This document shows positions 13,741 through 26,303 of a DNA stretch of 64,000 bases, in pieces (position 1 is the first letter of the stretch; each line of letters opens with the position of its first letter). The notes beneath the pieces were generated by a model. The model was not told the origin of the DNA and did no database searches. It saw nothing but the letters and a program-made list of their open reading frames with translations. The stretch covers positions 80,042,001 to 80,106,000 of the forward strand of contig OX597822.1 in NCBI GenBank assembly GCA_951406725.2, given 5' to 3'. The DNA is from Octopus vulgaris. Lineage: Eukaryota. Both the position numbers and the translations under genes were made by a program.

Positions 13741-14267
13741 AAGAAGCTTGCTTCCTAACCACATGATTCTGGGTCCAGTCTCATTGCGTGGAAATTTGGG
13801 CCGGTGCCCACTTCTGTAGCCTCGGACAAACCAACGCCTTCTGTGTGAATTAGGTAGGCGGAAATTTACAGAAGCCCGTCGTGTGTGTGTATATATATAT
13901 ATAAATCTGCGTGTGTATGTGTGTGTGTATGTTTCTCCACCATCGCCTGAGAACCCGATTTTGGTGTGTTTTTGTCCCTGTGAAATAGCGGTTCGGTGCA
14001 AAGGTCCGAGAGAATAAGGGTGCCAGGCCAAAAAATTGTAATTGCTGGGGTCGATTCATTCAACTAAAAATTCTTCCGATCGGTGCCTTCAAAATAAAAG
14101 ATAAAAGAGATAATTCGATTAAATGATTCGGAAAAAAATTATTAGACGAAAAATTAGATGAAGGAAGATAAAGAGGTCCATCAGAATGTAAAAATATTGA
14201 AAGGCTGCATAAAAATTATTAAAATTATCAAAACCTAAAGCAGGAACAAAACCAGAAACATTTTTAC

Positions 14268-14577
14268 TTTATTACCTCCGACATAGCGAAGGCAGAGGTA
14301 TTGTTTTTCAGTCGTCTTCGTTTGTTTGTCTGTGGAGAAGATATCTCAAGAACCGCTGGATGGATTGGGATGAAACTTTCAGGGATGTTTGACCTCGTGA
14401 CTGGCACGAACTGATTAGATTTTGGGATCGATCCGGTACCGAACAAGGTTTCTAGATCATTTGTTATATTTACTTTATTTCAGATATTCTCATTTTAAAA
14501 ATAATCTCCGGCTAATTGTTGAGAGAACGTTGGTGTTGCCTTGGCGGATGTTTAGCTCTCTGAGTGCTCTTGTAATT
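14268..14577 (+). mobile_element. Helentron-associated non-autonomous element (HINE/DINE-1-like)
   Basis: T-rich start ttattacctccg, subterminal inverted ccttggcggatg at ~14539, 3' hairpin-like gctctctgagtgc, short gtttgtttgtctg repeat. Confidence 0.65.
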
Positions 14578-15310
14578 ATTATTTTCTTTCCAGTAATTTT
14601 AGACACATTGTTTACACCCGTCCCATTCATCCCTAAAATTTTTCGTATTGTTCTGTATTTTGTTTACTACTTTGCTATATTGTCCATCCCACTTATTCAG
14701 CACCCCTGCTATTTTAGCTGTCATGTTCGTTTTATTTTACTCGCTTTTATTGATTACTTGTAATAGTTCATCGTCTGCTATTCCAAATTGTATTCTTCAA
14801 ACACCTGTTCCCTAGTTATTTTCTTTTTTTTCTCTTTCTCTGTTTTTTTTATTCATTTTCTTTTTTTCTTTATCTTCTCTTCTTTCTTTTACTCCCCGTT
14901 CTCTTCTTAACTCCTTTCTCTTCCCTCTCTTCCTTTTCCGACTTTCTTCCTTTTCACTCTTCTTTATTTTCCTTTTCATTTCCTATCTAAGAATCGCCTT
15001 CCTTTTCCTACTCTTCTCTCCATCACCGTAACCTATGACAAGAAAACTATCAGTCACTAGGATTTTAAATAAACGCTGGGTTATCTCTCTTCTGTATTTC
15101 CCATTGAGTAAGACCAAAGAGCCAGAAACCCGCATCTGGGAATTAGCTAGAGCAAAACACTGGGCAGATATGGTGTTTTTATACCTTTTATACCTTTTAT
15201 ACCTTTTTTTTCTACACGGTAACGGCAGTAAATTTGCCTTTAGAAATTAAAATATATCATAAATTATTCCTAATCACAACTTGCGCTGATGCAGCTAAAT
15301 ACACACACAC

Positions 15311-15366
<56 letters not shown>

Positions 15367-16420
15367 TCACACGTTGAATTCACGTGTGTGTGTGTGTGTG
15401 TTAGAAACCCGGAATATGATTGGTAACATAGAATGTGGCAAAAAATGCGATGTGTAATGAAAAGCAACAGCTTGGACGTTGTTCTTATTATTACTTTTAG
15501 AGCGGTTTAGAGGGGATGGTCGTGTTATTTGCCCTTTTATGTGAATTTTTGTTTGTGTTTGAACGAGCGTGTAATGATAGGGTTTTCCTAAATAGCTGTT
15601 CTTTTTACAGATAAATAATAAATGGTTTTATTGATCATTACTTCAAGCGTGCAGGGTGAGAATACTTATGCAACATCCAGTGACATTAAATATAGGCCAT
15701 GGGTAGAAAGGGACTGAGGTGTTTCGAATGTCTTGCTTGATTGGTCATGGAAAAATAAGGTAGATCGTGGCAGCTCTCTTTTGGTACTAGTAATAGCAGT
15801 GAAAAAAAAAATGAAAACTGACAACGGAAGTGGATAAAAAAACACAAGTGAAGAAATGTAATAGGATGAAATTCATACGGAAAATATATAAGAACATATA
15901 TAAGACAATGCAATAAATAAATATATAAAGTATCTCAACTGTCAAAGTAAATGAAATACAATCTACACAATTGTCTTCACATAGTTTCTGCTTATCCTGT
16001 TTGACTCACAAAGCACGAGCCGATACGAGGCTATAGCAAGAGACTTGCTCAAGATAACACTTCACTCTGCAAGGTAGAACACGGGACCTTGTGTAACAGG
16101 AAGAGAACTTCTTACGTAATGAGCCATAATGCATCGGTACATATATATATATATATATACATATATAAAGTAAGAAACTGAGCAAAAGAGATCCTTCAAA
16201 GAAGCGTGTTAAATATCCAACTCACTGGTACGCCAGTTGAATACCATATAAAAATGTATATACGTCGAAACAATTTGTTGGCTTTTTATGTTTTTTTAAA
16301 AAATAATTGTTTATGTTATGTAGTATTATGTTATATTGAATTCATAGTATATCCTGAAATATTATAACATAAATAAATTATTGGATTGTCAATAGTATCT
16401 CTCTATTTAATTTATCTTTA

Positions 16421-17020
16421 TGTACGTACGTGAGAGCCCTTTCAGCCAGTAAATTATTGTTATTATCATTAATTAAGCCGTGAGTTCTCTCGTTTTCATT
16501 AGCTGGCTCTTAATATTGTTTGATTGAGTATTGCCTGTACAACTAATAGTTTATTCATAAAACTGAAAGTTGTTCTACGTTTCATTGGTCGGTTCGAATG
16601 TTGATTATCTTTAAATCATTTTATAGATCCTTTTGTCCCATTGTTAGTTTCTTAAAATTGATTATCACTTTATCGTATTTAGCTATTTTAGTTGCCGTAC
16701 TTTCTCCTCTTGCATAACTACATCCTGTTTACTGGTTTACTTGAGTCGTTAATTTATTCATCCCATATTCACTGGTTGGTGCAGTAGTTCTCATCTATTG
16801 TTCATTGCGTCATTCACATTCTGATTTCCTGATTGCTTAACCAGTACTTTTCACTACTTCATATCTTAAGTCAGCAAAGATATTTTTAACATATCCGTTT
16901 CTTGTTTTATTTTTATTTTATTGTTTTCTCTACGTCATGGATTATTATGCAAAGCCACCAAGGAAATAGGTACGGCAGCTGAAACTAGCTGAAGATTGCT
17001 GTGGTTTGTAAGAGTCCGCA
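16421..17020 (-). repeat. Left arm of 600-bp inverted duplication (copy of 18683-19282)
   Basis: Reverse-complement match end to end; about 3 mismatches seen by eye. Confidence 0.95.
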
Positions 17021-18479
17021 TATATAATGCGTATGGTTATTTTGGGAAAGTGTCTGAACTTATATATACATAGCGGAGTAATGGGCTTTACTTTTATGTA
17101 CAACTAATGGGCATTTCGCAGCTTCTTATTGAATAGCCAGCATAGGTACAAATATCAAATGCTTGTACTGCATATTAGCTCACTCCTTCTATCAAATCCA
17201 TATTCCTGTAGATGTGATGCACGGTGTAACAACACGTCAGATGTCGAATTGATCGCAAACTAATGAAGTGTTTTGCGCAAGAATGCAAGACACCACCAGG
17301 TCCAGGTATCGAAATCATAATCTTGCGTTTGTAAGTTCAACATTCCAATCAACAGGTGTTCGTACCTTCATATACACGTACATACATGCATCGAGATATA
17401 CAGACGCATATATATATCTGAATAATCATTAAAGATATTGATACATAAACTCAAGCAAATACTCTTCATAAAACTAACAATATACTGCTATATATAATTA
17501 AACACTCAGACATCCCGTATTCTATAATAAAAAAAATTAACTTAATAAGCCGCATAAGATTAATAAACTCCGCAGTATATCCGAACCAACAGTCTACAAT
17601 GATGCCTAAAAAGTAAGGGTGCTGAAAGAAAAAAATTAAAATACATGGCTAAAGCCACATAAGCGGCCCATTAACCAAAGAACAGCTAAAAAAGAAACAC
17701 CACTTGGTGCAACCCACTCTGTACCTTTAACGTTAGTAGCAAATGTGATAAAAGAGCTTCCTAATAGCAATCAATAAACAGTTTTCAACCGATCATCTAT
17801 ACAGAAAACTACTCAGTGGGAACAACACAAAAATTTGCTACAGTTGCATCGGAAGCGAAAAGCTTGCAAACCTAACCATGAATGATCATAAATCAACCGT
17901 AGCTCAAACACGAAATGAGATCCGCTACAAAGGAAAAAAAGTTATGCTCATGAAGAGAACGTTCAGAAAACTAAAAGAAGTACACTACAAAATCAAAGCA
18001 TTACAAGAGAGATAAACCGACAAAGACTATATTAGAACAACAAGCAAAAAGCCAGATATAAACAACAAATCCAAATACGGACAACACATAACTTGTTACG
18101 CAATAATTATAGAAGAAATTCAAAAACTATTTTGGCGCAGACCTAAGTTAGAATAATATAAAAATAAATACCTCAGCATTAATTGATTATGTCAGTCCTA
18201 TGTAAAGATTTCCGGGACATGGGTTGTTTGCTTGGTTGAAAAAAAGAAAGGTAACTACGCAAAAATATGATCCGTAATGAAAAGAAATGAGGTGCTGTCA
18301 CGTTATAGACACCAGAATATATATTTCGAAACCGTGATGAAAACTGCCAAACAGATAAGCATACGATGATGTAGCAACGGTGGAAATAATACTAAGGAAG
18401 GCACAACAAAGCCTACACAAAGCAACAGCAATACAAATCTATCCATGAAATAATATAATAGTTTAAATAAATGTACACT

Positions 18480-18740
18480 CCAAATTATATCCAAACCATC
18501 CGCAATTTTAGATATTATGGGTGAAATCAATGCAATAAACATCGGAGATGCTTTTCCTCACGCAGAAACTGCAGGAGCTGCTCAGACGCTTTGACATCTC
18601 GGTTAACTCCCTTGCAATGCTACTTCGCCTGAGAGGGGGCAGCGAGAGCTGATCTGGTCTACACCAAAAGAAGAGCTCCACTTGCGGACTCTTACAAACC
18701 ACAGCAATCTTCAGCTAGTTTCAGCTGCCGTGCCTATTTC
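18480..18740 (+). pseudogene. Possible decayed LINE APE-endonuclease fragment
   Basis: DIMGEINA resembles the GDFNA motif; LQELLRRF and a TNH (SDH-like) segment follow. Confidence 0.3.
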
Positions 18741-19282
18741 CTTGGTGGCTTTGCATAATAATCCATGACGTAGAGAAAACAATAAAATAAAAATAAAACA
18801 AGAAACGGATATGTTAAAAATATCTTTGCTGACTTAAGATATGAAGTAGTGAAAAGTACTGGTTAAGCAAACAGGAAATCAGAATGTGAATGACGCAATG
18901 AACAATAGATGAGAACTACTGCACCAACCAGTGAATATGGGATGAATAAATTAACGACTCAAGTAAACCAGTAAACAGGATGTAGTTATGCAAGAGGAGA
19001 AAGTACGGCAACTAAAATAGCTAAATACGATAAAGTGATAATCAATTTTAAGAAACTAACAATGGGACAAAAGGATCTATAAAATGATTTAAAGATAATC
19101 AACATTCGAACCGACCAATAAAACGTAGAACAACTTTCAGTTTTATGAATAAACTATTAGTTGTACAGGCAATACTCAATCAAACAATATTAAGAGCCAG
19201 CTAATGAAAACGAGAGAACTCACGGCTTAATTAATGATAATAACAATAATTTACTGGCTGAAAGGGCTCTCACGTACGTACA
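18683..19282 (+). repeat. Right arm of 600-bp inverted duplication
   Basis: tgcggactcttacaaacc...ctcacgtacgtaca is the reverse complement of 16421-17020. Confidence 0.95.
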
Positions 19283-21719
19283 AGTGAGGCGTCATATATG
19301 ATACTAGCAAAAACGTTTAGTGATGATAGAAAGCAATCAATGAAGGTGCCAGAAAACTAGAGATAAATAAATTGGCAAAAAATTCATTCTTTTTGTCTTT
19401 GACAGGAAAAGTTACATAAAAATCAAAGCGAAAAGTAAGAATATTATCAACTGAACTTATTGAAACATCGACAAATTGAAAACAATAAATATTTTGTGTA
19501 TAAAACCGAAAAATTAAGGAAAATATTGAAATGTGATAATCAAAAAGCACCAATCGGATAACTTATATAAATAGAGTTTATTTATGTGTGATCAGGGTTC
19601 CGCTCAATTCTCATTAACCGCTGCCATTTTCTTCTGGTCCCTTAATATTTCTACTGCTATTCAGCACCAGGAAACATCGTTTCTAGTTGGCTATGTGACA
19701 CAAGCGTTCCGTTTCCTGGGGCTAAATAGCTGTAGCATTCTTCCCCTTTCCTGGGACTGCCACTTTAAGTTGGCAACAAACGATCACTTTATCGTGCTGC
19801 TACTGTATAAGTCTCTCTGAGAGATTTAGAAATGCAATATTTCTAATCTTAATATTTCGTTATAGAAGAAATTGCCAGGGCGCAATTTTGGGATGGAGAT
19901 GGTTAAGCTAAGTTCCACAATATTGTAACTATTTACGTAAATTTTCTTCATAGCATTGTTAATTTTTCGTGAGTTTCAGGTACCAGAAGCCATCTCACGT
20001 CAAACTGGAGTGAAATTGTCCCGCGATGGTAGTGTAAGTGATTTGTTTTACATCAATTCCCCGTTTGTTGTGCAAAGATATGTGAATTTTAATGCGATTT
20101 GAAGGAGAAGGGGGTCCTCCTTACTCGGTTTCCTTGAAATCTCTTGAAGTATTTCCTTTCCTGGGGAATTTTCCTTTTCTTGCTCTTCTTGCAAGAAAAG
20201 GAAAAATATACAACCTATGTAAGCACGTGTTTAGATTTTGACATAAATAAAATACAATGAATATATCAATAATTATATAAAACGCATAATAATTAAAAAG
20301 AAAATTAATATACCATATACTTTGAAAATTATTCAGCTTAACACGGGTGAAAATCCACCAGCCCTCCTTTAGCTTAGCTTGTTCTACCCTTAAAGGAAAA
20401 GCAAAATGGAGATGCTTTAAACCAGTCCAATAACCCCAGGGAAATTATAAGCTTCTATACAATTTTGTCTAGCCTTGACACTATTAACAAACCAGTTGAA
20501 CGAATCCACAAATGGATATAGATGCTAGAGAAATTTATGTTCCTTCTCCTGTATATTAAAGACTAAAATATTTACAAATATTATAAAAAGATATTTACTC
20601 GGTTGGAAAATCTATTCAAATTGTTCATAAATCCGCCTGGAACGAAAATGGTAATTGTGTCAAGTGTAAGTTTTGTGGTTGTGTTTGATATGAATTCCAT
20701 AAATTATGGAAGAGGTATCATGTTGTTTTATTGGATGTTCATTATATAGGGGATTGTGTGTGTGTATATATGTGTGTGTGTAGTGTGGTGTTTGTGTTGA
20801 GCTGTTGTACTATTGGCCTTTAGGGCTATCATTTGGATTGTGTGCAAAGCTTTGAGCCATGGTGTAAGTTGTAAGTTTTAGTACATATATTTTATCATAC
20901 TTCTCTACAATGAACCCCTTAATGTCATCTTTTATTAGGGATCCCTCTTCTGTTCTGAGGTGTCCCCTTATTTCTTGTATTCTCAATGATGGTTTCTTTT
21001 TGCTGTCCCTACGTCTTTTCATATCACAAAACAATAGAATGATGCTGATTGTTGCCGGGACCAGGCACAAGGCGTCCTCCTTCACCATCTCCACAGTTGT
21101 AACTGCTGGTGCTCTGGAAACTGGGATATGTTGCCCTTGTTACTACACCTGCTGTTCCCTATCGCGTACCCTTCTTTTTCGTTTTGCCAGCTCTTCAGGG
21201 TATAAGGTTTACAAGTGGTTTTTACCATCCCAGGTAGTGTAAATATGCCTTGTGCTCTGCACCATCATTCTCATGTTCTTTCTTCCGTATCCCCAACTAA
21301 ACACAGATTCAGTTTGGCCTTGTACTTTTCCAGAGTGATTAGGCCTTGCAATCTATTCTAGTGCTTCCCTACTACATGCTATTTCTCGTCACCTCTGTGT
21401 TGATTACTCTCACATATTGCGATATACAGGAGGCACCAGGCTACAGATCAGTCGTTACAGATACCCCTCTTCATCACTTACATTTCACTGCCCCAAGTAC
21501 TGGGACACAATTGTAGGTCTGTGTCTGCGTCTGTATCTCACTATTTCACCACGCCATTGTTCTAAAAACACAGTGTGCTGTTCCACAAGCCTTGACATGC
21601 TTAATCGAGAGAATTTCACTGGATACGTTCAGTACGGTTTCTTTCAGCCATTATCTTCAGAGTAACTGGTAAAGCCTGACCCTTCCTTAAAAAGCACAAT
21701 TAAATTAATTAATGCTTTC

Positions 21720-22450
21720 TCTATTGATGTATGTATTCTTCGAACCGCGACACTCTGTCTCGCGTGACATCATATTTCCAAATGGTCTTTCTTTCCTTAA
21801 GGTGATGCTTCACGTTGACAGCCACCACCTGGCTTGTCTCGCGGTCAATATTTCCCCCATGTAATGCTTTTACTGCTTCTGTGAAAATGCACTTGTTGAC
21901 AAAAAAGACCATCGTTTATGCTAGCGGTGCATTCAATGCAATTACCAATAATATTATTTTTTGTTTTCTGTGTTTTTATGAATATTGTTCTCATGTTCTT
22001 CCTTCTGTTTCTTCTGTATGTGAAAGACTCTGTTCTATAGTTTTGAAATTTCAAACTTGGCTCAGAATTTTTGTGGCAATAATTTTGTACGTGGACAGCG
22101 TATAGAAATATAATCTCGTACACGCTATATTACAATCCTGATTTTTTTCTGTCTACTCTGGATAAGTAGACTTCAAGCTTTTCGAAACTAAATTTATGTG
22201 AATAAATTTAATATAAAGCTCTATTCATTATAGTAACTAACACTTCTTTGAAGGAAGAATTATATCACGTTCCTTCTGGTCCTGAAAGAGTATCAGAAAA
22301 CGAGAGCTCTCTATTCAGTACGGTCAGACTCCATGTCACAAGACTGCTTTCAGATTAGATCTATGCCTGCAAGGTATATACTTCCAGAGTTCTCAACCAC
22401 GTTTTAGCAGGTTTATCGCATCTCTTACCTTCTCCTCTAGATTTCACACA
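21720..22450 (-). pseudogene. Highly decayed LINE RT fragment (L1/Tx1-like)
   Basis: EEKVRDAINLLKRG, TLSTYKIIATKIL and FTEAVKALH...VAVN echo EEVxxAIxxLKxGK, YKILAKIL and FIxxIKxLY..VxVNG; many stops. Confidence 0.45.
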
Positions 22451-23669
22451 AGAGAAGTTCTCACGGTTCTTTTCTTATGTGCAGCATGTGATCTAGCATT
22501 TTCTACTGTCTTGCGGTGATGGAATCCCGTAGCTCTTTCTATGACTTTTTTCATTCATGACAAATTCATGACCATACATTCTTAGTTTTGTCCTAAGATA
22601 GCGCCTGTGACTTGCTTGATGAAGGGGTTGGACTATAAAACCTTCAGGTACCTGAAGGCTTACTACAAAAGCAACTTGAAAACAGCGCCTGATGCAGTCA
22701 GTACAGATTTTACCTAAAAATATTTTCACTTATAAGGCATTGGTTGGTCAATGTGCTGTGAAGGGGGTATAAACCAGAAACCACGGGGCTACGAAGCGAA
22801 CTTGTTGATATATAATATATCATATCAGTACCCATCTATCTATCCAAGCATCCAACGAACAATTAACCAACTAACCAACCGACTGATTATGTATGTATGT
22901 ATATATGCATGCAGTTAGCTAGCTAGCCAACAAGCAACAAATCTATCGAGGAGTCTCTGTGTGTGACGACTGAGCGTCTATATTATTGCTAGAAGTAGCG
23001 ATCAATTTTCCCTCATATAACTACTCTTTAAAGAGAAATTTTCGTCCTGATGTCACAAAAATCAAAGAAAGATTGCCAGCTGGAATGACTTTCATCATTA
23101 CTTTTTGTTCAATCAGAGCTAAACAACAACAACAACAACAGCAACCGCAGCAGCAATAACAAAAAATCATAGGTGATCTACAGAAATAATATGCAACGGA
23201 AGAGAAAAACAGGAAGTCCACATAGTACGCAATTCATCAAAAAAGGATGGGACACGCCTACCTGCATGCTAGTTAAAATTGGTCTGAGGTTTCATAATAA
23301 CACCAAACAAGGCAAACCTTCAGAAGTCACTTTGTGTCCACTCACAAGTTGCATATTAATAGCGTTTTTGTTTCTTCGGCTATTTATATCTTATTGTTTA
23401 ATTCGTTCAATCTATTAGTTAACTTTCTTACTTCTCTTTCTGTAGGCTGATATTGAGGCAGACAAATAAAATAGCTGTGTATCTACAGATCCAATCTAAC
23501 TAAATATGCTGAATACAATAAATACTATCCTACATGATTGAAATATATAAAAAAAATAATCAATAAAGGTGGAACTGTTCGTAGTTGTTTGACCTGTTAT
23601 ATACAGCAGCCAAATCTCGTTTGAATCTTGATGTATTAGACAATGTAGTATCTGGAACACACACACACA

Positions 23670-23740
<71 letters not shown>

Positions 23741-24464
23741 ACACATACACAGACATACACACACATACACACACGCACACACACACACGCGAAAAATGTG
23801 AGACGGTTGTGGCAGGACGCCTTTCATCGGAAAACACCAAGAACAGTTCTGATTTGGCGGAAGACAACAACTCTAGCCCAATTTTATTGTATCTCAGCAG
23901 AGACATTATGCCCGTAATAAACACACCCTCTGCTTCTGTTTCATTTCTTTATTCTTTATTTGTGAATGGGTTAAAGATTGTGTGGTTAATCGTTCGGCCA
24001 ATCAATCAAACAGTTGGGTTTGTCAAAGTTATTTCGCCGCCATTTCGTGACATCGTTAATGACGCTATTTGCATTTCTAGGTCCGATTTTGGCTTGTCTA
24101 TCTGTTTGTCTAGTTCCATGCTCATACCAAATATCTTGCAAACCAAATACAAAAAGGAAATAATCTAGCACGATGGTTTTAGCGAATAATTTGCAAATTT
24201 TTTATGAAATGGAAAAGGGAGAGCTAAATTTACAACCATCCTTTCAACCCTCTATAATTGTAAATAGAGAAAACTATTTCGGAAACAAATTGATGAGGTA
24301 TCGACGGAGAAGAAACGACAGCTTCTTGATGCACTGTTTATCTCCTTTTGATTCTCGTAGGTGGTGTTATTAATTGTTTGAGGGTACGGTAGGAAAAGAG
24401 ATGACTAACTTCACAGCAGCACTTGGAAAATACATTTAATGATGTTTCATATTACAGTCATATT

Positions 24465-25330
24465 TTGGGCACCATAGCACATTCGAGTAAAGAGTTATAG
24501 TTCACAGAGATATATCCGGGTGTAGGTGACTTATTTGGAATTTGTTGGAAATATTGTCCAGGAACTCTTTGAAAGCTATGAGATCTTTTCCTTCATTTAT
24601 GTGTTTTGCCATGATGTTAAAGAGAGCAGGGCCAGTTGATGTGAAATTGTTCTGTGTCAGTGTTGTGATGTTATGTGAGCCTGATTTTTGCAGAGAACTG
24701 TTGGCATGGGACCAAGTTTTGAGTGAATTTTAAAGTTGAGCCAACATCATTTGGGTGAAGTTAATGGAATATTTGCAGCATACAAATGGCATAGTTCTAA
24801 CGGTGGCATTGGATTGAATAAAGTTTCGGCTCCTCTAACCGATCCAAGTAACCAAGACCTGTCATGTGATCGATGTATTTTCCTAGTGATTTATCGCAAA
24901 GGTGCTTCTGTTTTTATATTTTGCTGGGTATAAGGAGACAACAGCGAACAACAGTATTTTAAGGTGAGGACGGGTGAAAATGGAGAAGAGAAAAATGGTG
25001 GAAAGATCTCAAGATCGGAAGTCCTGGGGTTCTAGGAGCAAACCCTGCGGGCCATATCACTTTTGATGTTTATGTAGGCACTCTAGCTTAAGTTGTTGGC
25101 AGTTAACCGAGGTACTTGGTGGTATTTGAAGCCACAAGGTTTTCGCCTGGGGAAGAGCGTATTGTAGCTTGAGTGCAGTCTCTTAACCAAAGTCCAAACT
25201 TATTCTCGTTTAGCTGCATATTGTGTTCTTTTTTTGCCCTTTGGATAACAGCGAACAAATCCGATTAGAAATTTATCCGGTTTCTTTGTCAACAACTCCC
25301 TAAAGCTTTGACTCGTAGAATTAACACAAG
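24465..25330 (-). mobile_element. CR1-group LINE ORF2 3' fragment, same group as 8458-8848
   Basis: KYLG, PHLKYCCSLLSPY, MTGLGYLDRLEEPKLYSIQ, FTSTGPALFNI, FKEFLDNIP across frames. Confidence 0.75.
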
Positions 25331-25869
25331 AAAATGCAACTTACTTTATTATCATTAAATATCATTAAATCCTACAGAGATTTTGTATTATTTTATTCTA
25401 ACAGAACTACCTCTGGGAATTATAAAGTTTTCTGATTGACGCTGAGAGAATGGAAGACAACGTCAACCACAGATATATTAGTGCTCAGACCACATTAGTT
25501 AAATTAATATAAATTGCTTAATTCAATGCGTGAAAAAAATTATAGATGTTATCCCATTCGTTTTACATCTGCCTTCGCTTATCGCTGATTCATTCATGAC
25601 TAATCCAGGATAACACGTATTCTAATTGGAAATTGTGTTACATTTACCACGGATTGATCTCTGATATCACGGGTGGTCGATCAGTCACAGATTCTGCCTG
25701 GGCTGCAAAAGCGCACCCCATCAACCATCCACAAAGCTTAGGACAACATGGAGTCTCGGAACGAAACCTATTTCCCTCCATATGTTTTGTAATTCATCTC
25801 TCACTGATTCATTTAACGCAATGTTTTTTGGCTCCAAGCACCTGTGATAAACAAGGACTTATATACTAG

Positions 25870-26303
25870 TTCTAAAGTTCAATGCCAGAGTAGCATTACC
25901 TCCTCCAAGCATTTGATGTAGGCCTCCGTGTTGAGTGTGCAGCTGTGTGGGAAGATGAATGGATGCAGAACGTCACCATCACTAGTAATCACTCAAAACA
26001 CCATGATGTTGACTGGATGTCTGATTTTTATCACTCACGGTACATGTCCTCAGATTACACTGTCTTCAAATTGATACTCAAATACTCTGAAACGTTTGTA
26101 CTGGAGATTCCGGCGCGCATGCCAAGCACTACATGTTTCCAATTTTCTGGCTGAGTGAACTGCATCATAGTGCTGCTTTTTCTCACACACAGTGCCTGAC
26201 TCACTGTACTATACTGTGTAGTCGATAAAATAAAAAAACAAGCAATGCACATGCACGAAATTAAAAATATAAAATGGCGACAATTTACCCGTCGCATCCT
26301 GTA
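25870..26303 (-). mobile_element. Tc1/mariner (maT/DD37D-like) transposase relic with one terminus
   Basis: HPVNIMVF*VITSDGDVLHPFIFPHSCTLNTEAYIKCLEEV; end reads TA-CAGGATGCGACGGG on the minus strand. Confidence 0.7.

Larger units (their letters stand above)
12277..14100 (+). mobile_element. SINE family B split by the 12318-13740 insertion
   Basis: Head gtgtggtaagaagcttgcttc (to 12317) resumes at 13741 with aagaagcttgcttcctaaccacatg... and the 3' module. Confidence 0.8.

Noticed and set aside
16421-19282. DNA transposon with 600-bp TIRs
   Set aside because: No TSD at the outer ends and no transposase. The interior holds decayed SINE/LINE-like sequence, and the right arm seems continuous with it.
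21720-22130. GPCR TM5-TM6-like reading on the minus strand
   Set aside because: Multiple stops; the motifs fit a decayed LINE RT better.
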